A stretch of 63,664 bases of DNA, counting the filler, from Octopus bimaculoides (lineage: Eukaryota): NCBI RefSeq assembly GCF_001194135.2. It is 6 parts of 6 records of this genome, joined end to end, with 100 filler letters (N's around TTAATTAATTAA, not from the genome) between each part and the next. Parts side by side here need not be neighbours in the genome. Positions count along the whole stretch, not along the records: positions 1 to 8,089 come from NC_068985.1; positions 8,190 to 21,784 come from NC_068986.1; 4 more parts are not named here. The stretch is one strand, 5' to 3'. Shown piece by piece: positions 1-13,310 of this stretch. The notes beneath the pieces were generated by a model, which was not told where the DNA came from, searched no databases, and saw only the letters and a list, made by a program, of their open reading frames with translations. Made by a program: the position numbers and the translations under genes. The first letter of the stretch is position 1; every line of letters begins with the position of its first letter.

Positions 1-873
1 TATATATATAAGAATAAGAATAAGAATATTAGGGACAAAATCCAAAATTACAGGTAAAAATCTCAATTAAAATCAATTTCGGGTGGCTTTTAAGCTAGCT
101 CCTGTAGAGGACTTTTCATTATTCCTTGGACCCAACAATGACATTTCATGCATTGAGTACATAATACATTATATTAAACTTGGACAATACTTTTGAAGCC
201 ATGAACAATTTTCATCAAAACAATGATATAATTTGTTGTCGTATTGCAAAGCTGCATGATAAACAACAGTACCACCACCATCGCCAAAAAATCTGCCATA
301 CACAATCCCAGTCAAACTTCTGACACCACCACCATCAATACCTTTGACTTTGCTGCCTTGTCCTCCACCTCCATCGCCACTGTCTTTTACTTCACTGATT
401 CTCACCGTCATCCCTGCGCGTTCGGCTACCACCACCACGACGACGACGACCACCACCACCACCACCACCACCATTATTACCACCGCCTCCGCCTCTATCA
501 CAACTACAGCTCATACTATTAACATCACCTCATTACTGTTCAGTATGTTAGTCGTGTGTGTTGGTTCAGTGTTCAGTCCCTCTTTCTCTCACATACCCAC
601 TCTTTCTATTCCTGTTATTATTACTCCCACTGCCACCATCAATACTACTACTTTTAATAAAACATTATGAACTCTACGTAAATTTCTTTGTCTCTTTTTC
701 TTTCTGTCTCGCTCTGTCTTCGCCACCGCCTTCACTGTCTACATACATACTTTTACTCTCACTCCAGCATGAGCAATAGTAGAAGTGTCGTTGAATTGTT
801 AGATGGGGTCAAAGAGTGAAACACTCACACACAGAAAATAATTTTCGTATTTATTATATATATCGAAACAAAA

Positions 874-1546
874 AATAAGATAAGAGATAGAAAATAGCAA
901 AACAATTTTATCATAAAATACATTTTGTTAGTACCGGTTTAAGTCTTTTCGACTTTTTCAACAGATAGTAAAACAAAAGTGGATACTAATTAAGACGAAA
1001 AAGCAGNNNNNNNNNNNNNNNNNNNNNNNNNNNNNNNNNNNNNNNNNNNNNNNNNNNNNNNNNNNNNNNNNNNNNNNNNNNNNNNNNNNNNNNNNNNNNN
1101 NNNNNNNNNNNNNNNNNNNNNNNNNNNNNNNNNNNNNNNNNNNNNNNNNNNNNNNNNNNNNNNNNNNNNNNNNNNNNNNNNNNNNNNNNNNNNNNNNNNN
1201 NNNNNNNNNNNNNNNNNNNNNNNNNNNNNNNNNNNNNNNNNNNNNNNNNNNNNNNNNNNNNNNNNNNNNNNNNNNNNNNNNNNNNNNNNNNNNNNNNNNN
1301 NNNNNNNNNNNNNNNNNNNNNNNNNNNNNNNNNNNNNNNNNNNNNNNNNNNGTATTTGAAGATTATGGAAATATTTACAAAACATATCATTTAATTTTTT
1401 CTTCAATTTAATTGTTTTTCTTGTTAATTAATATCCACCTCTGTTTTACTCTGAGTTGAAAATGTCGAAAAGACTATAACCGGTACTAAACGTTACAAAA
1501 TGAATTTCATGATAAAAATATTTTAGCATTTTCTACCTGATCTTAT
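874..1546. mobile_element. MITE-like element with ~130-bp imperfect terminal inverted repeats spanning an N gap
   Basis: 874-1006 (...TTTTATCATAAAATACATTTTGTTAGTACCGGTTTAAGTCTTTTCGACTTTTTCAAC...) matches the reverse complement of ~1413-1546 (...TTTTATCATGAAATTCATTTTGTAACGTTTAGTACCGGTTATAGTCTTTTCGACATTTTCAAC...). Interior mostly N. Confidence 0.65.
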
Positions 1547-1586
1547 TCGCCTTGTACATACCAACTCGTGTGTTACTTATCAATCT

Positions 1587-1623
<37 letters not shown>

Positions 1624-2406
1624 GGCATACACGCCCATACACGTATATGTTTGTATATTTGTGAGTATTTGTGTGTGTGTGTGTGTGTGTGTGTGTATTT
1701 GAAGAAATGAATAGAAATGGATATTCTGATAAATTTTTCACTCTAATACTTACGTTTTAACGAAAGGTAATACATACATTCTATATATATATATATTGTT
1801 GTCAGTATGACTCTCTGCGAGAACATTAAATGGTTTTCTTTCTTTTTTATCATGAAATAAAACAGATGTGGTATGGGACATGTAAAGAAAAATGCACCAC
1901 ATTAAATTTGTCACAATGTAACACGATAATTGGTGTGTTGGAAATCAATCATATAGCATAGCATTAGCTACGCAAATAAATCAATTGACCGAATGCACTA
2001 CATTAAAGAGTTATATGTTTATATCTATGTGAGTGTTTGTGAGAGCAGGAGGCGTGTGTGCTTGTGTGTATGCGCGTGTGTGTGCATGTGTGTATGTGTG
2101 AGCGCACGTGTGTGTATTTGTATATGCTTGTCATTAGACGTACCGCTTGCATGATTCTAAAATATACCATAGAGATAAATGTAACTTGATAACTTTAGTA
2201 TAGTATTTCGAAATATGGTCAGTCAACAGATAGCTCTAGAGAATACGGGCCCCGATCACCAACCGAAAGTACAAAAATTAGAAATTTGTAAATTATGAAC
2301 CTTACAATTAATTGTTATATATTAATGAATATTCTTGGTCTTCGTATAAAAATCTCTAAGTTATTGCTTCACAGGAGATCTACAAATTTGTGCATGCATA
2401 TATATA

Positions 2407-2985
2407 TTGCGTCATCCCATAAATAATGCGTTTTTTTAATACTCCTTTTATTTTTCAAAATTAAGGTAAACACAGTTCTTTTTTCATTTAAAATATACTC
2501 TCCTTTATTTTCTACAATACTCTTCCATCTGTTTGGTAAACTTGCAAAGCACATCTTCCAAAATTCACTCGTCCATGACGAAAAATACTCCGCCGGTACT
2601 GTTCTGACCTCGTCTACAAAATTCATATTTTCTCCGTCCAAATGATTTTGAAGCCTGCAGAATAAATGAAAATTAGATGGTGCAATGTCTGGCGAATATG
2701 ATGGGTAGAGCATCGTTTCCCATTCAAACTGCTCCAGCCTTTGGAATGCCAACCTCGCTGTATGTGGACGAGCATTATCTTGATGGAAGAACACCTTTCG
2801 TTTTGAAACCAAAGATGATCGTTTTCCTTTTAGCGCTGACCTCATTAACTAGTTGAATGACCAAATCCAAGCCTCGTTGCTAGTTCCTTGACAGTTAAAT
2901 GAGATTTTGTTCCACTAGGGTTTTCAGGATGTCTTCGTCGAGCTCTACAAGTCTTCCAGGACCTTAAACTTGTTCTTTCAAGGGA
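2407..2985 (-). mobile_element. Mariner (DD34D-type) transposon remnant, internally deleted, with 3' TIR
   Basis: Minus-strand ORF 2369-2845 reads VFFHQDNARPHTA...YPSYSPDIAPSNFHLF...LPNRWKSIVENKGEYI. Upstream frame gives HTH-like LVELDEDILKTLVEQN...KELATRLGFGHST. TIR-like TTGCGTCATCCCATAAATAATGCG at 2407, preceded by TA. Confidence 0.9.
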
Positions 2986-3016
2986 GGGTACATATATGCA
3001 TACATGCATACTTAGT

Positions 3017-3326
3017 AATGGCGGTCTCTCCTGACGTAGACGACAGGTGAGGTTTCCGCAAGCTCTTGCTGAACAATTTTTTTATTGTGATGAATGTTTG
3101 TGCTGGACGTTTGCTCCCTCCCTCCCTCCCTCCATCAAATCGACATTGTCTGTACCGGTGATCGGCGTGCCACACATCAAATACAGGAAATAATTACCGA
3201 GCAACGTGAAACGAAGTAGTTTGTGTAAGAACACAATTCACCTCTCCCGCTTCCTCGGTTCCAGAAATTGGAAGAACAATCGTGAAATTGTATGAGCAAA
3301 ACCCTAACTACGAGGCTACACGCCTT
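3017..3326 (-). mobile_element. tRNA-derived SINE, family D
   Basis: Minus strand has head GGCGTGTAGCCTCGTAGTTAGGG, body ATGTCGATTTGATGGAGGGAG shared with 50425-50712, and tail CCTGTCGTCTACGTCAGG. Confidence 0.6.
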
Positions 3327-3362
3327 CACATATACACACACACATACACACACACACATACA

Positions 3363-3394
<32 letters not shown>

Positions 3395-5564
3395 TACACA
3401 CATACACACATACACACGCACAAACATGGAGGGTGTGCACACAGGCTCCATACATACAACTAGTAACGCTATTCGGATTTATGTTTATACATAACCAAGC
3501 AATGTAGTATGTATATATCATTTTGGGCAAATTTCATATGTGAACTGACATATTTCATATGTCAACTTTCTGCATTTATATGATGCTTGAGAAAATATTT
3601 CGTCCCTTTAGGTGATTAAAAGTTTTGAATTTAAAATATTTCGACCAACCTTGTTCTTGCTAAGAAATTCGAAGTTTAAAATACTATACATACACCGTTT
3701 TCCCACTTGCTAAAGGTAATCAGAGAATTTTAAATCCCGTTTGTTTATATTCGTCATATTCAAATACTCTATATTCTATGTATTATGATATATTGTGATT
3801 CCCGTATTTTGTATTTTTACTTTTATTGTGCTTGTTGTATATATATATATAAATGTATCTGTGTAAGCGTATGTTTATGTGAGTGTAATTGGATGTTCAT
3901 GTGTGTTGTGTAAACACATAAATATAAAGACTACAGTATAAACAAGAAGAAAAAATAAAATACTTGGCAGTGAAAGTATGGTGTCAAAATATATTTATTA
4001 GAGCTGCAACTTGGAATTTAAGAAATGCAAAACGAAGCCGATAATAGGAAGATTCAGATAACGTAAACGGAAAGAGAAAAGTTTGGATTTGATGCAAGTA
4101 TAAAAATTTATTTGGATATATTTTCAACGACAAAATTAACTACCTAAAGAAACAAATGAATTAGAATATAATAACTAACGGTAAACTTTCATATTGTTTG
4201 CATATATTTCAGGTTATTCACAGAACCTTGTTGAAGCTAAAATAATATGAAATACAATGTTAAAAGTAAGTATGAAGGTAAGATATTTTTGTCACTATAT
4301 ATTCCATTAATGGAATGTATAGAGAAATAAAATATCGTAGTCTTTCCAAAGACATACATAACTCACTCACCATTCGCTAAGTCATACAAAAATAGTATGA
4401 AAGCTTTCAAAATGTTAAAGGGAAACATAAAAAAAAGAACACAAAACAAAACGGATGCGAAACTAAACATCAGAGCGACAGTAGGTGAATCTGGGATCAG
4501 ATGCTACTCACGCAGATATTCGATACTCAACAATGTCTAGAGGTTTTCGAATCGTCTCTCCAAAACAATTTGGAGAGTATTGAGCGTGGTGATAGTGGAA
4601 TTGTGACAGTTCCTTTAGTATGTGTCTTTTAATCTGTGCCTATTTCTGCGCTAGTTCTAGGCAGATGATGGCGAGTGTGAGTTTAGTTGTCATCTTTGAT
4701 TGATCAATGTGACAGGGTTGTTACAAAAGGTGACCAACTGCCGTCCAGATACTGATGTCCCTTGTATTTACCTGTATTAAGTGAAGTGACAACTGTCCTG
4801 AAAAGGAGGAACGATCTACCGCGGTGGGATTTTCGGCAGCATATTCTCCTATTCATGAATTTTTTGCGTTCATCCTCTTAGTATGTCTTTATTCTTTTTT
4901 CATAGCAGACTGTATTTTACATTGTGTAACAAAATTTTTATCAATTTTCTTTTCATTTTTGTCGTTCGTCAGAAAGTGCTATTTCCTATTTGCTTCTATC
5001 TAGAAACCAAAGGAAGTGACTTTGTAACCTACACACGAACGTTTTGAAATTGCCCTTTTTTCCATTACATTTTAAACAGATTCACGGTGAGTTACTGAAG
5101 CAGAAATATAGCAAATATTCTGATCAGTACCAAAAATTGCTTGTCAGATGGTCGTACTTAATCATTTGAGCACGTCCTTTATTGGCTAGCAGTATTTACA
5201 TCTCTGACCATGAGCAAGAGTAGTGCGGGTGCATCATATACATGTGTTGAGAGTGACCTTTGGGGTTGAACTAAATATGACAAGATGAAGTTTTTAAAGG
5301 AAATATTAGCCAATTTTCACACTTTCTAGGGGTAAGCAAATAGGAAATAACAGTTGCTAACCAAGGTTAAAAGTTGTGTTACAGAGTGTTATGGAGGAAT
5401 TTGTAATTGGAGAGTTAGTTATAAACGTATTTTGGAAGGTTAATCATACTTTTATTTCCCTATAGTTTTCCTCAATCGTTTTCTCACTTTCTTTACTGTG
5501 CCTTCATAGCATCTTGTATTTTACATGTAATTAGGATGATCAAATATAAGAACAACACCATCAC

Positions 5565-5600
<36 letters not shown>

Positions 5601-5769
5601 TGCATGCGTGCGTGTGTGTATTTGCGTGTGTGCGTATGTACGTGTATATATATATATATAATACAAAGAATATATACGCATGTATACACACATATATGTA
5701 CATACTTACATCTACATGTGTATATAGATGCATATCAGGGTACAGGACGTTAGAACAATGAACTACAGA

Positions 5770-6120
5770 TAACGGAACGAACATATAGGAAAAGAGATAG
5801 CCACTTGGAATTATTCCTTCATCAGCTGCCTCTATTCTAACTCGACGTTTCGAAGATAAGGCAGAACGTACTCTAGAATAGTCTCTTCCTGAGTAGTGGA
5901 TCAACCCACTAAACAGAGGATTCCAAGGTGACAAACACAAACCAAGACAGGAAAAATTGGACAGTGAACACAACATTAAAAAGCCGTACGGCCAAACGCG
6001 AATCTGATGGAGAACGCTAGCAGTTCGTCTTGCCTTCACAATGGCTGGAGTGAAAAGAGTTGACCACAGGTCACACGTGAGCAGAGAGGATGGTAGAGGG
6101 AGGAAGTGGAACAAGGAGGA
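5770..6120 (-). mobile_element. Probable Penelope-like pseudo-LTR remnant with hammerhead-like motifs
   Basis: Minus strand 5893-5806 contains CTCAGGAAGA...TCTTCGAAACGTCG followed by CTGATGAAGGAATAATTCC, resembling the CTGANGA...GAAAC cores typical of Penelope pLTRs. Confidence 0.45.
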
Positions 6121-7318
6121 AGAGACAGAAGTGTATAGCAGTGAAGTAGAAGCCAGGACAACAGAAGGGAGCTGAGCGAGAGGGGGAGATGGGTAAGAAG
6201 AAAGATAGATAGGTAGATAGATAGAGGGATAGATAGAAAAATAGAGAAAGAGAGATGATGGTAGACGGAGGAAATATATATATATGTATACGCATGTATA
6301 TCATAATTTGATGTCTAAGGCGGTAACTTACCTACACACATTAAGATAGTATTGTCTTGCTCGTAGATATATACAATCAATAAAAGATAACAGCCTAAGC
6401 TAATAGAAACTGTAAAACTGAGAGGATATCAGCAATTTATTTGCATTCCATAATATACGTACACAAAAAAAAAGAAAGTAAATACTTGATACTGCTTCAA
6501 GATTGTCCCTTATTATATATCAAAAAAATGACTATGATTATGTTTCTTGGAAATCTATTTATTAACGTGTCACATTATTCATCAATTTATTGTCATTGGT
6601 TGTCAATCAACTGTTGGTAACATGGCTATATAGTCAAAATAGTTTTGCAGCAATTACATAGTTCCCGATTTGATCACACTTTGCGTTTGGAACAAACGTC
6701 TACAACCATAGGCCACAATTGCGAGTTAAAAATCTCTTCTGATTGAAAGCTGGGGATTTGTATACATATGTATTAATGCATATATCTATCGGCCTAATAT
6801 ATCAGTTACAGTGGTAAATATTTGCAATAAATCGGTAGTTTCGGGTGAAAATATATTGTAGTTGCAAAGATACCTGCCTGTTGCTATTGTCCTCATAAAT
6901 ACTCCGAACATGTGATTGACTCGTTGGAAACTTGTTTTCAACAATGCTATTAGTCCGAATATAAGATATCACCACTACCCAAGGGAAATGTAGTTGATGA
7001 GAATTTCAATTCCCAGAATAGAACAAGCAATGTGGTTAATGTTTCATGTAAATATCTGTAGCTACCTCTGTATATAGGGATCACATATGAATTGAGGTAT
7101 TATTGACTTAAAGATTTAGAAAATAAGAGTGAGAAACGCTTACAGTTTAGGGGTTATAAAAAGGGAGGACGATGAATGAAGGTAGAAAATCGAACGACAG
7201 TTGTGGGATTTAAAGGAAAGTGATAAGCAGGAGCAGAAGCTATTATATTAAAGGTGGCAGAGGGAAAGAGAGAGAGAGAGATAGAGAGAGAGAGCGAGAG
7301 AGAGAGAGAGAGAGAGAA

Positions 7319-7350
<32 letters not shown>

Positions 7351-8050
7351 AGAGACAGACAGACAGAAATAGGGATAAGATAGCAAGGGTGGCGCGCTGA
7401 TTCTCTTTTGAATTCGGTCTCATATATCTGCGTATCAAGGAATAAAACTGTGAGAGAAATGTGATCAATAACATGTTATTTAAGGTCATATTTAAGTTTT
7501 ACAGTAAGTCAGCAACTGATAATGGCTGAGATATTTTCTTCTGTAAAGAGGATGACTAGTCTAGTGGTTTTGATAATTTTATTTGAGAGAATTCACTATG
7601 AAAGCTTATTAGAAATTGGAAGACTTCGCATTTGTAGTTGATTTTGGAAGTTTGAACTGTGCGTTTATTATAAGAGAGTAAAGTACACGTTGTTTCTTTG
7701 ATGTGAGGTATAGCAGTGTCTCGGTATAGTTTAAAGAAGTTATGCTGTATGTTGGAATGGAAGGCTGGAAGACAGGAGGACAGAGATGTATTATTTTGGT
7801 AGTCAGGAAGGAAAGAATGTATATAGGAAGACAACAAAGGCAGTTAGATAGGCAGGCACGAAAGTAGATAGAAACGAAGGTTAGTATATAGATTAATCGA
7901 TAAATAGATAGATAGATAGATAGATATATAGATAAATAGATACATCGACAGTTTGATAGATAGATAGTTAGTTACTAGTTTGGAATTATATAAGTTTCTT
8001 AAACAACTGCTAAATTAACTTTATAGTTCGAAGGGCGGCTAGTTGGTTGT

Positions 8051-8082
<32 letters not shown>

Positions 8083-8189
8083 TGTATATNNNNNNNNNNN
8101 NNNNNNNNNNNNNNNNNNNNNNNNNNNNNNNNNTTAATTAATTAANNNNNNNNNNNNNNNNNNNNNNNNNNNNNNNNNNNNNNNNNNNN

Positions 8190-8224
<35 letters not shown>

Positions 8225-8225
8225 T

Positions 8226-8271
<46 letters not shown>

Positions 8272-8277
8272 TGTCCT

Positions 8278-8313
<36 letters not shown>

Positions 8314-8738
8314 TTGTTTGTATACATGCATATATGAATGCATGTTTGTGCGCATTTATTTATTAAGTTTTACAATGTTAATTTTGACAGTGACTTCTAG
8401 TCATCTGCTTATCACTCCTTTAACAAAATTTGATAAATATGTACTATAACAAAACGTATTCAATGATTTTTCAATTTAATGTTAAATTGCTTTTAAATAT
8501 AACTCTGTATGCATACATACACACACACACACATACACACACACACACACATATATATATACACACATATAGCTATATTCATATTCATTATATACGTCTA
8601 ATGTTATGTTCGTGTATGTATATGACTAAATATATGTGTGCGTGTGTGTGAATTTATATTTATATCCACACATAGAAGCATATATATATATATATATATA
8701 ATATTATATACATAGATATATATACACACATATATATA

Positions 8739-8781
<43 letters not shown>

Positions 8782-9030
8782 TCGTGAATGTTTGAAAACA
8801 CACACATAAACAAGACTAATTTAGAAATGTAGCTTGAGTAAATAGTAAAGAGCAGCGTAGAAAATTACGTAAATGTTTAATATACACCACTCATACCTAT
8901 CCATCATGAGGATGACGATGATGTTGATGATGATGATGACGATGATGACGACGAGGTGTTGATAGTGACGGATATATTACGACTAATGCTGTTACCACAA
9001 TTGATACTACAACTATTCTTACTACAAAGG

Positions 9031-9087
<57 letters not shown>

Positions 9088-9095
9088 TTAACAAC

Positions 9096-9152
<57 letters not shown>
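9031..9152. repeat. (AAT)n microsatellite within a trinucleotide mosaic (~8915-9180)
   Basis: Direct reading; explains the poly-I/poly-L ORFs. Confidence 0.97.
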
Positions 9153-9157
<5 letters not shown>

Positions 9158-10479
9158 CAACAAAAACAACACCAACACTAGCAACAACATTGTGGCAGCG
9201 GTCTGTATGACTACAATAGATTAATGTAATACCAATACATTGATATTGTAAATACGGCGCCAGTCCCCCGCTGTTTTTGGCTTGGCTCAACCAGTAAAAC
9301 GGTCTCCAAATATAACTGACCGTATAGCATTACCTCAATTATGAAAGATTTTGTTAACATCGATTGGGAAGGGGTGGTAGCAAGAACAAAATAAAATAAA
9401 CTAGATAAATATATCAAAGATATTATAGGGGGGAAAATACAGCAAAGTAAAAACGGAAACATTTTCAATGTATTTTTTATCGTTTTCCCTTTGTATTATT
9501 TTTTTCCTGTAGTTGTTATCATTGCTTCTTTATTTTCCTCTTATTTTTGTTACTGGCTTTTGTTTTGCAATAGTTTTCATCGTATTTATTGAACTTTTTG
9601 CTCGGGTAATGAAATGTCAGTATTGTCGCATTATGTAAAACAATATTTCAGTACGTATGTCGGTGTTTTACCTGCAATATATATTCCAAGCGTATGAAAT
9701 ATTGGCAGCCTCCAAAAACATCGCGTCTCGGATAAGGGAGAAATAATCGCTACGTGATACAACAAGATGAAATAAATATGAACAACTTTTATTAATATAA
9801 TAAAATCACGAACTTCTCCATAGATGAGCAGGGCTAACTAATACGCCGTTTATTTAGTTTATGTTTGTCATTTAGGTTTAATACATGCTCATAAACTGAA
9901 CTAATAAAATAGAATTATTCATCACCATTATTTCTACGACTAGGTTTGTTTTGGGGGCGGAATCAATGAGTATATTTGCTGGGTTCAAATCCCATTAAAT
10001 CATCTTCTGTTTTATTCGTTCACATGACAGGCATGTAACGGTCTGAATTCTTAACTGAGACAGGATACTATAAGCTATGTCTGTTAGAATCTACACAAAG
10101 TCTGATATATGTGTGTGTGTTTCTATATGTTGTATATCTATATACGCATATGCATATACATACATATATATNNNNNNNNNNNNNNNNNNNNNNNNNNNNN
10201 NNNNNNNNNNNNNNNNNNNNNNNNNNNNNNNNNNNNNNNNNNNNNNNNNNNNNNNNNNNNNNNNNNNNNNNNNNNNNNNNNNNNNNNNNNNNNNNNNNNN
10301 NNNNNNNNNNNNNNNNNNNNNNNNNNNNNNNNNNNNNNNNNNNNNNNNNNNNNNNNNNNNNNNNNNNNNNNNNNNNNNNNNNNNNNNNNNNNNNNNNNNN
10401 NNNNNNNNNNNNNNNNNNNNNNNNNNNNNNNNTATATATGTATATATATATATATATATATCTTACAGACAAGAAAGTA

Positions 10480-10860
10480 AGTTTGAACACAGTACAACTG
10501 CCAAAAGCAGTCAAGAAAGATTGGGTATTTACAGTTCAAAAGTTCTGAGAGTCCAGAAAGCTCTTGAGCGTGAATTGCATTTGATTTTTGTGGACAAAGC
10601 GCTATACAGCACTGAGCTTATTCTTCAGTGCAATCAGCCATGACGCCAGTAGCACAAGTTTTGTATGAGTTTACGTTCGTCTAAAAGGAAGCTCCAAAGT
10701 AAACTTGATCCTTCACTCATTGTGGACCACGTGGTAGATAACCCACTGCACGAACCTCAGCAGGTGCCACTACTTACTGCGTTAAGGTTTTCTATCATTG
10801 GCCGGTGGTGATACTGTATTCCAGTGTTGGATATATTTTTCGGAGGCCAGTAGTTGTCGA
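10480..10860 (-). mobile_element. Possible very old CR1/L2-group LINE C-terminal remnant
   Basis: Broken minus-strand frames give IYPTLEYS and RFVQW...TLELPFRRT*THTKLVLL, loosely resembling the RP.LEY and RF...L.W.SLE.RR...L motifs. Many stops. Confidence 0.25.
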
Positions 10861-11807
10861 TAAGTGAGGTTCTTAATTTTATCTATCTACTGTACAAAGC
10901 AAAGGTAAACTTTTTCAGCCATTTATATCTTACCTATATTTATGTGTATGTGTTTGTGTGGCTCCGTGAGTGTGTATTTATGTGTGGGTGCGCGCGCTTG
11001 TGTGTGTGTATCTGTGCTGTGTGTGTCTCTATGTGTGTGTAATCCTTCTGATTATTCATTTGAAAGGGTTTTTATGTAGACTTATAGAGCTGCTGTTTTT
11101 TTTTCAAGTCCTATACACTGTTGTCCTGTATTGAGCAATGGCGCGCGTATGTATCTTGCCATGCAGTTCGGGATATTCCGTTTGATGTAAGATGAACATA
11201 TGAGAAAAATTTATATATCGATGTGTATCCTTTTCTTTTCAAAAGAATATGTTTTGTGATCTCCGTATCGTCTACTTTTCATAGAATTTCTAAGAATTGT
11301 AGTTGTTTTTTATTAGTTTCTGTTGTGAGTTTAATGGATGTATGGGTTGACGAATGGATTGTTTTCCCTTTGTACCAACACTTATGAGGTAATCCAATAT
11401 ATTGTTCAGAATTGGAGAGATATTTAATAAAAATATAATTCTAAAAAACTAAATACGATATATTAAAGAATCAATAATTTGACGATAAGACAAATTTCAA
11501 CAGCTTTAGACCACGCACATCTGCCCGATAAAGGGAGGGACGCGGAAATGCGAAACTTAAGCATTTCTTTAATAGTTTCTGCATTTTCTCTACTTTTGGC
11601 TGCGCAGTTAAGAAGTTCGCTTTGCAGCCCACTGTTTCTGATTTTGTTCTAGAAGACATCTTTTTTGAAACCGCCCCCAAGAATTTCTTGCATCAAGGAG
11701 GATATTATCAACTGCATTTAGAAAATAGTGGAGAGCATCGAAACATTTCAACTTTGCTGGTTTTAAATTGACTTTAATTAAATTAATATTCAATTTATCA
11801 CCCTCAG

Positions 11808-11839
<32 letters not shown>

Positions 11840-11970
11840 NNNNNNNNNNNNNNNNNNNNNNNNNNNNNNNNNNNNNNNNNNNNNNNNNNNNNNNNNNNNN
11901 NNNNNNNNNNNNNNNNNNNNNNNNNNNNNNNNNNNNNNNNNNNNNNNNNNNNNNNNNNNNNNNNNNNNNN

Positions 11971-12000
<30 letters not shown>

Positions 12001-12001
<1 letters not shown>

Positions 12002-12293
12002 TTTTATACTTTTACTGTTTCAGTCATTTGACTGCGGCTATACTGGAGCACCGCCTTTAGTCGAGCAAATCGACCTTAGGACTTGTTCTTTGTAAGTCTA
12101 GTATTTTTTTATCCGGCTCTTTTGCCGAACCGCTACGTTCAAACAAACATCGGTTCTCAGGTGATTGTGCGGAGACAATCACAGATATGCAAACATACAC
12201 ACATAGATACACGCACACATATATATATACGATGGAGTTCACTCACAAGGCTTTCTTCGATCTGTGGTTATAGTAGGACACTTGCCCAAGGTG
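12001..12293 (-). mobile_element. SINE family B, degenerate/partial
   Basis: Reverse complement of the family B tail (GGTCGATTTGCTCGACTAAAGGCGGTGCTCCAG) and part of the head (CACTTGCCCAAGGTG). Confidence 0.85.
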
Positions 12294-12523
12294 TGTGTGT
12301 GTGTATGTATGTGTGTGCGTGTGTATGTGTTTGAGTGCATATAATATCCGGATGGATAGCGTAGTAGCTCTCAGTTATGTTGCATGTTATGACTAACCTC
12401 ATCAATTAGTACTTAACGTCTATGTCTACTAGGAGTGGTCAACCACACTGTAAATTCTTTCGATGGATAATTCCGTGTTCGCTTAACTAGATGTTAATAT
12501 TATCTGGAATGTATATTAGCAAT

Positions 12524-13090
12524 ACTTATAACCATAGAAAATATGGATTCTGGTACGTCCCCAAAATTCATTTCGTTTTATTTTACAAAGCATACAGCAT
12601 ATGTTCATGGTTACGACGACCTACACGTGTTTCTACTGCATAGAGTATGAGGAGTTGCCCATGCAACCGGGCAAATATATTCTGTGCAATTTCGTTGAAT
12701 GTCTTTCGACCAGCTTGACCCCAAGCGAGCTAGTTGTTTATTCAGTTAGCTGTTTATTGGTTATCGTTCAGGGGCAAGTGAGGGAAGGTTGTTTTAAATC
12801 TGAAATTTGAGCTGTGTGTAAACTTGTATGGTTGACTGTGGCTTCACACCAGTTGCTGGCCGAAGTCAGAATGATATCTGATTAGGTCAAAGTTCATGTT
12901 AATATTTTGGAAGGCTTCTTTGTGTATTGTAATAGATGGGTAGTTAATAAGCTTACTTTCATGCACAGTGTTTGCAGAGGAAACATATGTAGATCGTCGT
13001 AACCATAAAAAGAAGCTGTATGACATTGTAAAATAAAATGAAATAAATTCTGAGAATGTATCCGTCTCTATATTCTCTATCTTTATAATT
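12524..13090. mobile_element. MITE-like element with ~120-bp imperfect inverted repeats
   Basis: 12524-12645 (...TTTTATTTTACAAAGCATACAGC...ATGGTTACGACGACCTACACGTGTTTCTACTGCA) matches the reverse complement of 12965-13090 (...TTTTATTTTACAATGTCATACAGC...ATGGTTACGACGATCTACATATGTTTCCTCTGCA). Confidence 0.65.
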
Positions 13091-13248
13091 ATAGCTTATG
13101 TATATATAATTTATATATANNNNNNNNNNNNNNNNNNNNNNNNNNNNNNNNAATAGATATATAGATATACTCATATTTTAAGTTCTATTTATCCTGTTTG
13201 CATCCCCATAGCTATATATAGATAGATGGACAGACAGACAGACATACT

Positions 13249-13310
<62 letters not shown>

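Noticed and set aside
169-670. ORFs with poly-V/H/T tracts
   Set aside because: Translations of (CAC)/(GAC) triplet repeats; no domain recognised in the flanking parts.
4548-4569. Hairpin CTCTCCAAA-ACAA-TTTGGAGAG
   Set aside because: A 9-bp stem that does not extend; too short for a pre-miRNA and expected occasionally by chance.
8134-8145. Palindromic TTAATTAATTAA centred in 100-bp N blocks (also 21829-21840, 37586-37597, 53213-53224, 61520-61531)
   Set aside because: Identical 12-mer with ~44 N on each side and stops in all six frames: a scaffolding linker artefact, not a biological spaced repeat.
11471-11793. GC-richer stretch with 60-70 aa ORFs
   Set aside because: No motif recognised in any frame and stops in each; cannot support an exon or transposase call.
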